IMG/VR virus record: IMGVR_UViG_2914923772_000011
Location: 1-64,000 of that record
Length of the DNA: 64,000 nt
Reading direction: 5' to 3' (one strand)
Source: a virus
Lineage: Duplodnaviria > Caudoviricetes
Shown here: positions 26,793-35,780 of the stretch, in pieces
Layout of the letters: every line of letters starts with the position of its first letter
Position numbering within the stretch: position 1 is the first letter of the stretch
Notes under the pieces: generated by a model
What the model was told of the DNA's origin: nothing
Database searches by the model: none
What the model saw: only the letters and a program-made list of their open reading frames with translations
Program-made: the position numbers and the translations under genes

Positions 26793-29700
26793 ATGATCGA
26801 CTTTTTAATGATTTCGACCCGTAGTACGAAGCGTGGTGTAATAGAAATCTATCCGAAGTTCATCATTAAGAAAAGCTCCGACCTGATGATTAGAGGCGGT
26901 GACTTCTATGCCATTTGGTTAGAAGACCGAGGTTTATGGTCTACGGATGAGCAAGATGCGCTCCAGCTTATTGACCGGGAACTTGACAAGTATGCAGAGG
27001 AAAACCGCAAAAACTTTGATTCGAGTATTAAAGTTCTGCACATGTGGGATTCCGAATCTGGAATGATCGATTCATGGCATAAATACTGTCAAAAGCAGAT
27101 GCGAGACTCTTTCCACATGCTTGATGAGAAACTTATATTCTCCAATACACCGACGAACAAAAAAGACTACGCAAGTAAGCGGCTGAACTATCCTCTTGAA
27201 GAAGGGGCCACGGATGCATGGAATAAGCTGATGTCCACAATTTACTCTAAAGAAGAGCGAACGAAAATTGAATGGGCTATTGGTTCTATTGTCTGTGGAG
27301 AGTCGAAGAAATTGCAGAAATTTATGGTTCTGTACGGTGCAGCAGGTACGGGTAAGTCTACGGTTCTGAACATTGTTCAGCAGCTCTTTGAAGGATATTA
27401 TTCTGTCTTCGATGCGAAAGCACTGGGTTCGTCCAGTAATTCCTTTGCATTAGAGGCATTCAAGACGAATCCACTTGTGGCAATTCAGCATGACGGTGAC
27501 TTATCTCGCATCGAGGACAACACCCGACTGAACAGTTTGGTTTCTCACGAGCTGATGACAGTAAATGAAAAGTTCAAATCGACCTACGCAAACCGCTTCA
27601 AGTGCTTCCTGTTCATGGGCACCAATAAACCGGTCAAGATTACGGACGCAAAGTCAGGTCTTATCAGACGATTGATCGATGTGTCCCCTTCCGGAAACAA
27701 ATTGAGTCCCAAGGAATACAAGGCGGTGACAAAGCAAATCGAATTTGAACTCGGTGCAATTGCTTATCATTGCCAGGAAGTCTATCTGGAGAATCCGGGC
27801 AGATACGATGATTATATTCCCGTGACGATGCTCGGTGCATCTAATGATTTCTATAACTTCATTATTGATTCTTACCATGTCTTCAAGAAAGAAGACGGGA
27901 CAACTCTCAAAGCCTCATGGGAGATGTATAAAACCTATTGCGATGAGGCAAAAGTTACCTTCCCGTTCTCTCAGAGGATATTTAAGGAGGAACTGAAAAA
28001 CTACTTCCGGGATTACAAGGAGAGATTCAATCTTGATGACGGAACTCGTGTGCGAAGCTATTACATTGGCTTTCGAACCGAAAAATTCGAGGATAAGGCA
28101 CTTACCGAGCAAGACGAGCCTGAGCATAAACTGATCGAATTCTTAAAACAGAAATCGGTCTTCGATAGAGAATGCGCAGATTGTCCTGCTCAGTATGCTT
28201 CGGCTAAAGAGACACCAACTTCCAAATGGGATGAAGTTTCAACTAAGCTAAGCAACTTGACGACATCAAGATTGCATTATGTGAAAGTCCCGGAGAACCA
28301 CATTGTTATCGACTTTGATATTCAGGATAAGGACGGCAATAAGTCGTATGAACTGAATCTCAAAGAAGCGAGTAAATGGCCGCCGACCTATGCTGAACTC
28401 AGCAAAAGCGGTCAGGGCATCCACCTTCATTATATTTATGCTGGTGATGTCAGCAAGCTCAGCCGAGTGTATGACGATCATATTGAAGTGAAGGTCTTCA
28501 CCGGTAAAAGCTCGCTGCGCAGAAAGCTGACAAAGTGTAATGATCTGCCTATCGCAACGATCAACTCGGGTTTACCACTGAAAGGAGAAAAACAAGTGAT
28601 AAATTTTGAAGGAGTGAAGAGCGAGAAAGGGCTTAGAACGCAAATCAAGCGAAATCTGAACAAGGAGTACCATCCGGCAACAAAGCCCAGTATCGACTTC
28701 ATTTACAAGATTCTTGAGGATGCTTATGCAAGCGGACTCAATTATGACGTGACTGATATGCGCAATGCTGTCTTGGCATTTGCAGCGAGCAGCACACATC
28801 AGGCGGATTACTGTATCAAGTTAGTCAACAAGATGCAGTTTAAGTCCGCAGACCAGTCAGCAGGAGCAAAAAATGATGATGCCAAGCTCGTGTTCTATGA
28901 TGTTGAGGTATTTCCGAACCTGTTCTTGGTGAACTGGAAAATCGAGGGCGAGGGTAAGCCGGTGGTTCGTATGATTAACCCTACCCCGACTGAGATTGAA
29001 GAGCTGATGCGATTCCGTCTGGTTGGCTTCAACTGCCGTCGATACGACAACCATATTCTCTATGCTCGGCTGATGGGGTATACGAACGAACAGCTTTATA
29101 ATCTCTCGACAAAGATCATCAACGGCAGCGCAAATTGCTTCTTTGGCGAAGCCTATAATGTGTCGTATACGGATGTGTATGACTTTTCCAGTAAGAAGCA
29201 GTCCCTTAAGAAGTTCGAGATTGAACTGGGTATTCACCATCAGGAACTTGGTCTGCCTTGGGACAAGCCTGTGCCGGAGGAGCTTTGGACTAAGGTTGCT
29301 GAGTATTGCGACAACGATGTCATTGCGACAGAAGCAACCTTTAATGCTCGTAAGGCGGACTTCACGGCTCGTCAGATTCTGGCAGATGTGGCGGGGATGT
29401 CCGTCAATGATACAACGAACTCGCTGACTACCAGAATTATATTTGGTAACAACCGCAAGCCTCAGGATCAGTTCAATTACCGTTTCATGGGTGACGAGAG
29501 TCAAATCTTCGACCCTAATGCGGATCTTCCGTTTACAATGGGGCTTGAAGACTACGACGAGTTCACACAGTTCGATAAAAACCATCGTCCCATCTTTCCT
29601 GGCTACACATTCGAGGGCGGCAAGTCTGTCTACAGAGGTGAAGAAGTCGGTGAGGGCGGCTATGTATATTCTGAACCCGGTATGTACAGTAACATTGCTC

Positions 29701-30944
29701 TGTTGGATATTGCCTCTATGCATCCGAGCAGTATTGTAGCAGAAGAACTCTTCGGACCGGAATACACAAAGCGATTCGACGAAATTCTTCAGGCTCGTAT
29801 TGCTATCAAGCATAAGGATTTTGACAAAGCAAAGAAGATGCTGGGTGGTGCATTGGCTAAGTACCTGACTGACGAGAATGCTGCGGCTGACTTGGCACAG
29901 GCTCTGAAAATTGCAATTAACTCCGTGTACGGTCTGACCTCAGCCGGATTTGAAAACCCGTTCCGGGATAACCGTAACAAGGATAACATCGTTGCGAAGC
30001 GTGGAGCTCTGTTTATGGTCAATCTCAAGCACGCTGTTCAGAGTCAGGGCTTTACTGTGGCACACATCAAAACCGACTCCATCAAGATTCCGGATGCAAC
30101 GCCTGAGATCATCAAGTTTGTAACTGAATACGGCAAGCTGTATGGGTACAACTTTGAACACGAAGCAACCTACGACCGTATGTGTCTGGTAAACGACGCA
30201 GTTTATATTGCTCGTTATGCTACAGTCGAGAAGTGCTGTGACCTGTACGGGAAAAAGTACATCGACTCTGCAAAGGATATTTGCAAGGAGAACAAGAAGC
30301 ATCCGTATGCGTGGACAGCAACCGGTACACAGTTCCAGATTCCTTATGTTTTCAAGACGCTCTTCAGCAAGGAGAACATCGAGTTCGAGGATATGTGCGA
30401 GACGAAATCTGTAACTTCCTCGCTCTATCTTGACATGAACGAGGCTCTGCCGGATGTAAGTGCCCTTGAAGCGGAAAGAGATAAACTGTGGAAACAGATT
30501 ACCGATTCTAAACGCATGACTGAGCCGATGTCCACTGAATGTAAGCGTGTCGAAGAATTAACGGACGAAATTGCCAAGGGTCATAACTACCACTTTATCG
30601 GAAAAGTTGGTCAGTTCTGCCCGATTAAGCCTGGCTGCGGAGGCGGCATCCTGCTTCGTGAAACAGAAAACAAGAAGACTGGTGAAAAGGGTTACGCTGC
30701 TGCTACGGGTTCTAAGGGCTTCCGCTGGCTTGAGTCCGAGATGGTCAAGCAGCTGGACAAACAGGGTGACATTGACCGTGGTTATTACAACAACATGGTA
30801 GACGAAGCAGTCAAGTCTCTGTCTGTTTATGGTGACTTCGAACGCTTTGCGGCGGACGAACCGTATGTTTCGGATAACACACCACCGTGGTTCGGAGCTG
30901 GCGAGCCTCATGAGGACGATACTACGCCGTTTGATGTGAGGTAA
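26793..30944 (+). CDS. Fused SF3 helicase - AEP primase - 3'-5' exonuclease - family B DNA polymerase
   Basis: Walker A GAAGTGKS; prim-pol VIDFD...SKSGQGIHLHY; exo FYDVE, GFN..RYD, YCDND; PolB DIASMHPS, KIAINSVYG, HIKTDS. Confidence 0.88.
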   Translation: MIDFLMISTRSTKRGVIEIYPKFIIKKSSDLMIRGGDFYAIWLEDRGLWSTDEQDALQLIDRELDKYAEENRKNFDSSIKVLHMWDSESGMIDSWHKYCQKQMRDSFHMLDEKLIFSNTPTNKKDYASKRLNYPLEEGATDAWNKLMSTIYSKEERTKIEWAIGSIVCGESKKLQKFMVLYGAAGTGKSTVLNIVQQLFEGYYSVFDAKALGSSSNSFALEAFKTNPLVAIQHDGDLSRIEDNTRLNSLVSHELMTVNEKFKSTYANRFKCFLFMGTNKPVKITDAKSGLIRRLIDVSPSGNKLSPKEYKAVTKQIEFELGAIAYHCQEVYLENPGRYDDYIPVTMLGASNDFYNFIIDSYHVFKKEDGTTLKASWEMYKTYCDEAKVTFPFSQRIFKEELKNYFRDYKERFNLDDGTRVRSYYIGFRTEKFEDKALTEQDEPEHKLIEFLKQKSVFDRECADCPAQYASAKETPTSKWDEVSTKLSNLTTSRLHYVKVPENHIVIDFDIQDKDGNKSYELNLKEASKWPPTYAELSKSGQGIHLHYIYAGDVSKLSRVYDDHIEVKVFTGKSSLRRKLTKCNDLPIATINSGLPLKGEKQVINFEGVKSEKGLRTQIKRNLNKEYHPATKPSIDFIYKILEDAYASGLNYDVTDMRNAVLAFAASSTHQADYCIKLVNKMQFKSADQSAGAKNDDAKLVFYDVEVFPNLFLVNWKIEGEGKPVVRMINPTPTEIEELMRFRLVGFNCRRYDNHILYARLMGYTNEQLYNLSTKIINGSANCFFGEAYNVSYTDVYDFSSKKQSLKKFEIELGIHHQELGLPWDKPVPEELWTKVAEYCDNDVIATEATFNARKADFTARQILADVAGMSVNDTTNSLTTRIIFGNNRKPQDQFNYRFMGDESQIFDPNADLPFTMGLEDYDEFTQFDKNHRPIFPGYTFEGGKSVYRGEEVGEGGYVYSEPGMYSNIALLDIASMHPSSIVAEELFGPEYTKRFDEILQARIAIKHKDFDKAKKMLGGALAKYLTDENAAADLAQALKIAINSVYGLTSAGFENPFRDNRNKDNIVAKRGALFMVNLKHAVQSQGFTVAHIKTDSIKIPDATPEIIKFVTEYGKLYGYNFEHEATYDRMCLVNDAVYIARYATVEKCCDLYGKKYIDSAKDICKENKKHPYAWTATGTQFQIPYVFKTLFSKENIEFEDMCETKSVTSSLYLDMNEALPDVSALEAERDKLWKQITDSKRMTEPMSTECKRVEELTDEIAKGHNYHFIGKVGQFCPIKPGCGGGILLRETENKKTGEKGYAAATGSKGFRWLESEMVKQLDKQGDIDRGYYNNMVDEAVKSLSVYGDFERFAADEPYVSDNTPPWFGAGEPHEDDTTPFDVR

Positions 30945-30949
30945 TGCTT

Positions 30950-31075
30950 ATGATTTTAATTCTGTTAATTGCTGTGTTCATTTATATTTTGTGCACGGCT
31001 GATTCTACCGAGTCCTGTATTCCCAATGAGGAGTGCAGGACTTGCCCATTTCCATGCGACAAACGCAAAAATTGA
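30950..31075 (+). CDS. 41-aa membrane/Cys-rich peptide (not in ORF track)
   Basis: MILILLIAVFIYILC...CRTCPFPC; GAGGT RBS. Confidence 0.5.
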   Translation: MILILLIAVFIYILCTADSTESCIPNEECRTCPFPCDKRKN

Positions 31076-31090
31076 AAGGAGAAACTAATT

Positions 31091-31573
31091 ATGGCTTATA
31101 AAGCAGTAGACAACATCATCATCGAGAATGCTCGAATTATCTTCCGCAACTTTAAGGGTGAGGAGTCCAAGTACAATCGTGCTGGCTCCCGCAATTTCTG
31201 CGTGGTCATTGAAGATCCCGATATGGCGCAGAAGCTTATTGAGGATGGCTGGAATGTTCGTGTTTTGGCTCCTCGTGATGAGGACGAGGCTCCTCGCCAT
31301 TATATTCAGGTGGCGGTCAGCTTCGACAACATCCCCCCGAAGGTTATTATGATTACTCGTCGAGCTAAGACTCAGCTGGATGAGGAGTCTATCGGAACTC
31401 TGGACTTCGCAGAGATCCGCAATGTCGACCTGACTATCCGTCCCTACAACTGGGAGGTCAATGGTAAGACTGGCGTCAAGGCATACCTTAAGACGATGTA
31501 TGTCACCATTGAAGAAGACGAATTCGCTGAAAAGTATGCCGAAACTGAGGGTCCTGAGGAGATGCCCTTCTAA
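31091..31573 (+). CDS. Putative single-stranded DNA-binding protein
   Basis: 160 aa, beta-rich, acidic tail ending in Phe, next to polymerase. Confidence 0.65.
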   Translation: MAYKAVDNIIIENARIIFRNFKGEESKYNRAGSRNFCVVIEDPDMAQKLIEDGWNVRVLAPRDEDEAPRHYIQVAVSFDNIPPKVIMITRRAKTQLDEESIGTLDFAEIRNVDLTIRPYNWEVNGKTGVKAYLKTMYVTIEEDEFAEKYAETEGPEEMPF

Positions 31574-31680
31574 AGGTGAATAGGTGCCAGCTTAGTACAT
31601 GTCTGGTTAAATGTCCAGTAAGGTCTCGATTAGGTGTGCACGCCTATGATGGTAAGAGGAAACAGCCTATTCCCCTTTAG
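31570..31680 (+). ncRNA. Candidate structured RNA (multi-stem)
   Basis: Closing stem CTAAAGGTGAATAGG / CCTATTCCCCTTTAG (14 of 15 bp) enclosing TGCCA/TGGTA, CTTA/TAAG, CTGG/CCAG and TAGGTG/CGCCTA stems. Confidence 0.45.
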
Positions 31681-31701
31681 TAACCGAAAGGAGGTAAAGC
31701 C

Positions 31702-32571
31702 ATGTTGTGGCAGAAAAAGAAGAAACGCAAAAAGGCTACCAAGCCTAAAGCAGTTACTTTAGTTGCTCCTCAGCAGCCGGTGGAAGAGATTCCGCAAACG
31801 ACTGAGCCTGAGGAAAAAGAAGAAACGCCAAAGCAAAAAAAGCCCGCTGGGGAAAAATACAAAAAGGTTTTGTCCCCGGAAAAAGCTTTCTTAGATGCAT
31901 TCGGACGATTGACTAACCGACATCGGGCTTGGGATGTTTGGCGTGACTTCATCACTATGTTCGCTTGTTCGCTATCTAATCCTCTCGATAAGGAGCACCG
32001 GGATAAGCGAGAAGCGTTATATTTGGAAATCATCAAAAAGTACAATAAGCAGGAACAAGAGGTGTTTCCTGAACTGGCTGCTCAGACTGTCTTGGCTTTG
32101 GAAGAAAATCCGGAGCAGGACTTTCTGGGCAGCATTTTCATGTCCCTTAAGCTCGGTGACGAGCATAACGGTCAGATCTTCACACCGTATCATGTCTGTG
32201 AACTAATGGCTGAAATGACGATGGATGATGTTGTAAAAAAGGTAGAACAGGACGGTTATATTTCAATTAACGATCCGTGCTGCGGAGCTGGGGCCACATT
32301 GATTGCCGGAATCCACACTGCAAGGAAGCAGTTGGAAAAAGTAAACTTGAACTACCAAAATCATCTTCTCGTCGTTGCACAGGATATCGATGAAACGGTG
32401 GCGCTTATGTGTTATATTCAGCTTTCACTTTTGGGGGTAGCAGGATATGTAAAGGTCGGAAACTCTCTGACAGAACCGATGACAGACAACGACAATAAAG
32501 AGAACTACTGGTTCACGCCAATGTATTATTCTAATGTCTGGGTGCTGCGTCGGATCTTCGGAGGGCGCTGA
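31702..32571 (+). CDS. N6-adenine DNA methyltransferase-like protein lacking a canonical NPPY motif
   Basis: QIFTPYHV, SAM motif INDPCCGAG, AQDID; ends YWFTPMY. Confidence 0.7.
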   Translation: MLWQKKKKRKKATKPKAVTLVAPQQPVEEIPQTTEPEEKEETPKQKKPAGEKYKKVLSPEKAFLDAFGRLTNRHRAWDVWRDFITMFACSLSNPLDKEHRDKREALYLEIIKKYNKQEQEVFPELAAQTVLALEENPEQDFLGSIFMSLKLGDEHNGQIFTPYHVCELMAEMTMDDVVKKVEQDGYISINDPCCGAGATLIAGIHTARKQLEKVNLNYQNHLLVVAQDIDETVALMCYIQLSLLGVAGYVKVGNSLTEPMTDNDNKENYWFTPMYYSNVWVLRRIFGGR

Positions 32572-33809
32572 TGGCAGGTATATCACTTCGAGACTATCAA
32601 ACAGATGCCGTTGAGAGAATGAAAAACGGCTGCATTCTCTGTGGCGGTGTCGGTAGTGGCAAATCCAGAACAGCTTTAGCCTATTACTACAAACAGAATG
32701 GTGGTAAGCTCGGCACAAAAAGTTATATTCGGATGCCGGGTACGCCAAAAGACCTGTACATCATCACCACGGCGAGAAAGAGAGATACTTTGGAATGGGA
32801 GGGTGAGCTTTCGCCCTTCCTTCTCTCTGTTCACGCGGAAGTCAATACCTATAAAAATAAGGTCGTCGTTGATTCCTGGAACAATATCGGGAAGTATGCA
32901 ACGGTTACGGATGCGTTCTTTATATTTGACGAGCAGCGTGTTGTTGGTTCAGGAGCATGGGTTAAGGCATTCCTGAAAATTGCCAAGTTTAACGAATGGA
33001 TTCTACTATCTGCCACCCCAGGAGACACATGGGAGGATTATATTCCTGTTTTTGTTGCAAACGGCTTTTATAAAAACCGGACTGCCTTCAAAGAAGAACA
33101 CATGGTCATGACTTGGGTAAACGGAAAGTATCCAAAAGTAGACAGATATTTAGGGGTAGGACGACTCATCCGACTTCGCAATCGCATTCTTGTGGATATG
33201 GATTTTAAGCGGGAAACCTGTTCGCACCATGAGGATGTTTATGTCAATTATGATGTTGCGAAGTATAAAGAGACAAGTCGTCTTCGCTGGAACCCATATA
33301 AAAACGAGCCGATTGTCAACGCCGGAGAACTCTGCTATGTATGGCGACGCATCGTAAATGAGGACGAGTCCAGGCAAATCGCTCTAATGGAGCTGTTTGA
33401 GAAACATCCTAAAATGATCGTCTTCTACAATTTCGACTACGAGCTTGATATTCTGAAAAATCTCTACTATGGAGAAAATGTTGAGATTGCAGAATGGAAC
33501 GGTCACAAGCATCAACCGATCCCGACTTGCGACAGTTGGGTGTATCTGGTTCAGTATACTGCTGGAGCCGAAGGTTGGAACTGCATTAGCACAGACACCA
33601 TTGTGTTCTACTCGCAGAATTACTCCTACAAAATTATGAAGCAGTCAGCTGGGCGAACCGATCGCTTAAATACTCCGTTCAAAGATTTATATTACTACCA
33701 TTTGAAATCCCGTTCCGGCATTGATTTGGCTATCAGTCGAGCGTTAAGCGAAAAGCGGAATTTCAACGAAACCAAGTATGTCGGCAGCTATAAACCCAAA
33801 GCTGCCTGA
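32571..33809 (+). CDS. SF2 (SNF2-like) DNA helicase
   Basis: LRDYQ, GGVGSGKS, FIFDEQ, LSATP, QSAGRTDR. Confidence 0.85.
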   Translation: MAGISLRDYQTDAVERMKNGCILCGGVGSGKSRTALAYYYKQNGGKLGTKSYIRMPGTPKDLYIITTARKRDTLEWEGELSPFLLSVHAEVNTYKNKVVVDSWNNIGKYATVTDAFFIFDEQRVVGSGAWVKAFLKIAKFNEWILLSATPGDTWEDYIPVFVANGFYKNRTAFKEEHMVMTWVNGKYPKVDRYLGVGRLIRLRNRILVDMDFKRETCSHHEDVYVNYDVAKYKETSRLRWNPYKNEPIVNAGELCYVWRRIVNEDESRQIALMELFEKHPKMIVFYNFDYELDILKNLYYGENVEIAEWNGHKHQPIPTCDSWVYLVQYTAGAEGWNCISTDTIVFYSQNYSYKIMKQSAGRTDRLNTPFKDLYYYHLKSRSGIDLAISRALSEKRNFNETKYVGSYKPKAA

Positions 33810-33822
33810 GAAAGGAGAAAAG

Positions 33823-34041
33823 ATGATAACAATTGATGTCGCGGAGTATTGCTCTGCTTGCATGGACTTCGACCCAGATGTTCAACGACCGCAAAAAGCA
33901 TACGGAATGAGTGAAGAGATCGTCATATCCGACACGGTCATTCGATGCTCAAATCGAAATCGGTGCAAAAACATTGAGCGATACCTGAGAAAGAAGGTGA
34001 CGAACGATGGCGTTGGCAAGACTGACGAAGCAATGCCGTGA
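33823..34041 (+). CDS. Small Cys-containing hypothetical protein
   Basis: GAAAGGAGAAAAG RBS; CSAC...C. Confidence 0.65.
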   Translation: MITIDVAEYCSACMDFDPDVQRPQKAYGMSEEIVISDTVIRCSNRNRCKNIERYLRKKVTNDGVGKTDEAMP

Positions 34042-34276
34042 ATGTCCTTTTGTCGAGACCTGTGAGCACAAGGAAGTGGAAGCATTGGGATATTTACCAG
34101 AACCGATTATGACAGATGCCAAAGTCCCGGTTACTGCTGATATAGCAGCTCCCATTTTGAGAGAAACCGTAAGCCGTGTAGTAGACGGCAAAGTAGCAAC
34201 AATGTATAAGGACGAGTTGGAGAAGGTCCTTTATAAAGATTTATATTCTCATCTCGGACTTCAGTTTGGAGGATGA
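34007..34276 (+). CDS. Hypothetical phage protein
   Basis: 89 aa; CRECPF...C. Confidence 0.6.
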   Translation: MALARLTKQCRECPFVETCEHKEVEALGYLPEPIMTDAKVPVTADIAAPILRETVSRVVDGKVATMYKDELEKVLYKDLYSHLGLQFGG

Positions 34277-34278
34277 AT

Positions 34279-34419
34279 ATGCATAACAATACCAACAATT
34301 CAGACAGAATGAATACTGTCGCTTATAAAATCGGGCAGGCTATCGCGCTGGTAGCTTGTCTTTGTGTTTCTGCCATCGTCATTGCTTTAACTGTGAAGTG
34401 CATCCTGTGGATTTTGTAA
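34279..34419 (+). CDS. 46-aa single-TM protein (not in ORF track)
   Basis: GGAGG RBS; hydrophobic C-terminal half. Confidence 0.55.
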   Translation: MHNNTNNSDRMNTVAYKIGQAIALVACLCVSAIVIALTVKCILWIL

Positions 34420-34432
34420 GGAGTTTTTGCAG

Positions 34433-34591
34433 ATGAATGAAGAAAAGGAAGTCTATTTTGACCAGTATTGCAAATCTTGCAAATACCACGGTCTTGAAGA
34501 GTCCAAAGACCCGTGCAATGACTGTCTCGCAGAACCCAGCAATACAAATTCCCACAAACCGATGAACTATGAAAGCAAAAACAATTCTTGA
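34433..34591 (+). CDS. 52-aa Cys-rich protein (not in ORF track)
   Basis: CKSCKY...PCNDCL; AAGGAG RBS. Confidence 0.55.
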   Translation: MNEEKEVYFDQYCKSCKYHGLEESKDPCNDCLAEPSNTNSHKPMNYESKNNS

Positions 34592-34727
34592 TGCCGAGAA
34601 AAAGGATGCGATTGATATTGCAACGGAACTTTGCTATAGCGAAGAAGTCAAGAGAAAAATTGCACAGGCAAAATCTGTTTACGAAATTGGTCGCATCCTT
34701 AAACAAGCACGGCTCGATCAAGAGTGA
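34569..34727 (+). CDS. 52-aa hypothetical protein (not in ORF track)
   Basis: Fills gap, overlaps previous gene end. Confidence 0.45.
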   Translation: MKAKTILDAEKKDAIDIATELCYSEEVKRKIAQAKSVYEIGRILKQARLDQE

Positions 34728-34751
34728 TATTTCTGAAAGGAGAAAAGAAAC

Positions 34752-35051
34752 ATGAATCTTGAGGAGTTCAGAAAGGCACTTTCGTCAGATGCTACTGAAG
34801 AGAATGCACAACTGAAAAGACAGTTGTCAGACCTTCAGACTGAATACCATGAAAAGCTTTCAAAACTCGAAAATGAAAACGATTCACTTAAAGAAAGTTG
34901 TCGGGTTTTATGCAATCGATGCTTTACTCTTACGAGAGGTGTTACTTGTCTATTTTGTGGTCTCGATTACCCCTGCCCTCATATGCCGGGGCTTGAGGAA
35001 CAGGTGGCTATGGCTCATAAATTGAGAAAGGAGATCGAAAAAAATGGCTAA
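34752..35051 (+). CDS. Coiled-coil / Cys-cluster protein
   Basis: 99 aa; GAAAGGAGAAAAGAAAC RBS. Confidence 0.7.
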   Translation: MNLEEFRKALSSDATEENAQLKRQLSDLQTEYHEKLSKLENENDSLKESCRVLCNRCFTLTRGVTCLFCGLDYPCPHMPGLEEQVAMAHKLRKEIEKNG

Positions 35052-35283
35052 TGGGTATCGTAATGCTCTTGTTCAGCAAATAAAAGACGCAGGTCAAGAA
35101 CTTATCAACCGAGCTGAATCGATGGTGCATCCCGAAAATGATTTAATCACTGATTTTTCCATAGTAATCCATTTCGAGCAGCATGAGGTACCTACAATCG
35201 ACTACACAACCAGCGTGGTAAACAAAGTTGCTTGCGATCGGGTTATCTATCAGAAAGGAGAATCCAATGTCTCAAAAATATGA
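35044..35283 (+). CDS. Hypothetical phage protein
   Basis: 79 aa; AAGGAG RBS. Confidence 0.65.
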   Translation: MANGYRNALVQQIKDAGQELINRAESMVHPENDLITDFSIVIHFEQHEVPTIDYTTSVVNKVACDRVIYQKGESNVSKI

Positions 35284-35780
35284 TGAATATCTGGAAAAAC
35301 ACAGGCAAGCTGTAAAAAAGGCTTATCAGTGGATTGCTGCTTATATTCCTGAACTGACAGATGTGGAGGCGACTCGAAATATTGAGTTCCATGATATGTC
35401 GAAGAATACGCCAGATGAGTACACGCCTTATGACAACTATTTCTATGGGGGAGCAAACCCCAGCAATCATCGAGGCGTTTAACCGGGCATGGCTTATGCA
35501 TATCCACCGAAACCCCCATCATTGGCAGTATTGGGTCTTAATCAACGACGAACCTAAAGAAGGAACTATCCTTATCGAAATGCCGTATCCATACATTATT
35601 GAGATGATCTGTGACTGGTGGGCATTCAGCTGGATTAAAGGTGACCTTTCCGAAATGTTTGCCTGGTATAAAGACCATGCCGATTATATTAAGATGCACA
35701 ATAATACTCGTTCGATTGTGGAAGAGATTCTGGAAATGATTCGGACGAAGCTTACGGAGGTAGAAAATGCTGAAAATTGA
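35267..35780 (+). pseudogene. HD-domain protein (DUF5662-like) split by +1 frameshift in a G5 run
   Basis: 5' part has H...HDMSK...EY; 3' part has AWLMHIHRNPHHWQYW...MP..Y..EMICDW. Deleting one G at 35447-35451 joins them (FYGEQTPA). Confidence 0.7.

Noticed and set aside
31570-31680. Hammerhead ribozyme
   Set aside because: The CUGAUGA and GAAA core elements are not present in the required arrangement.
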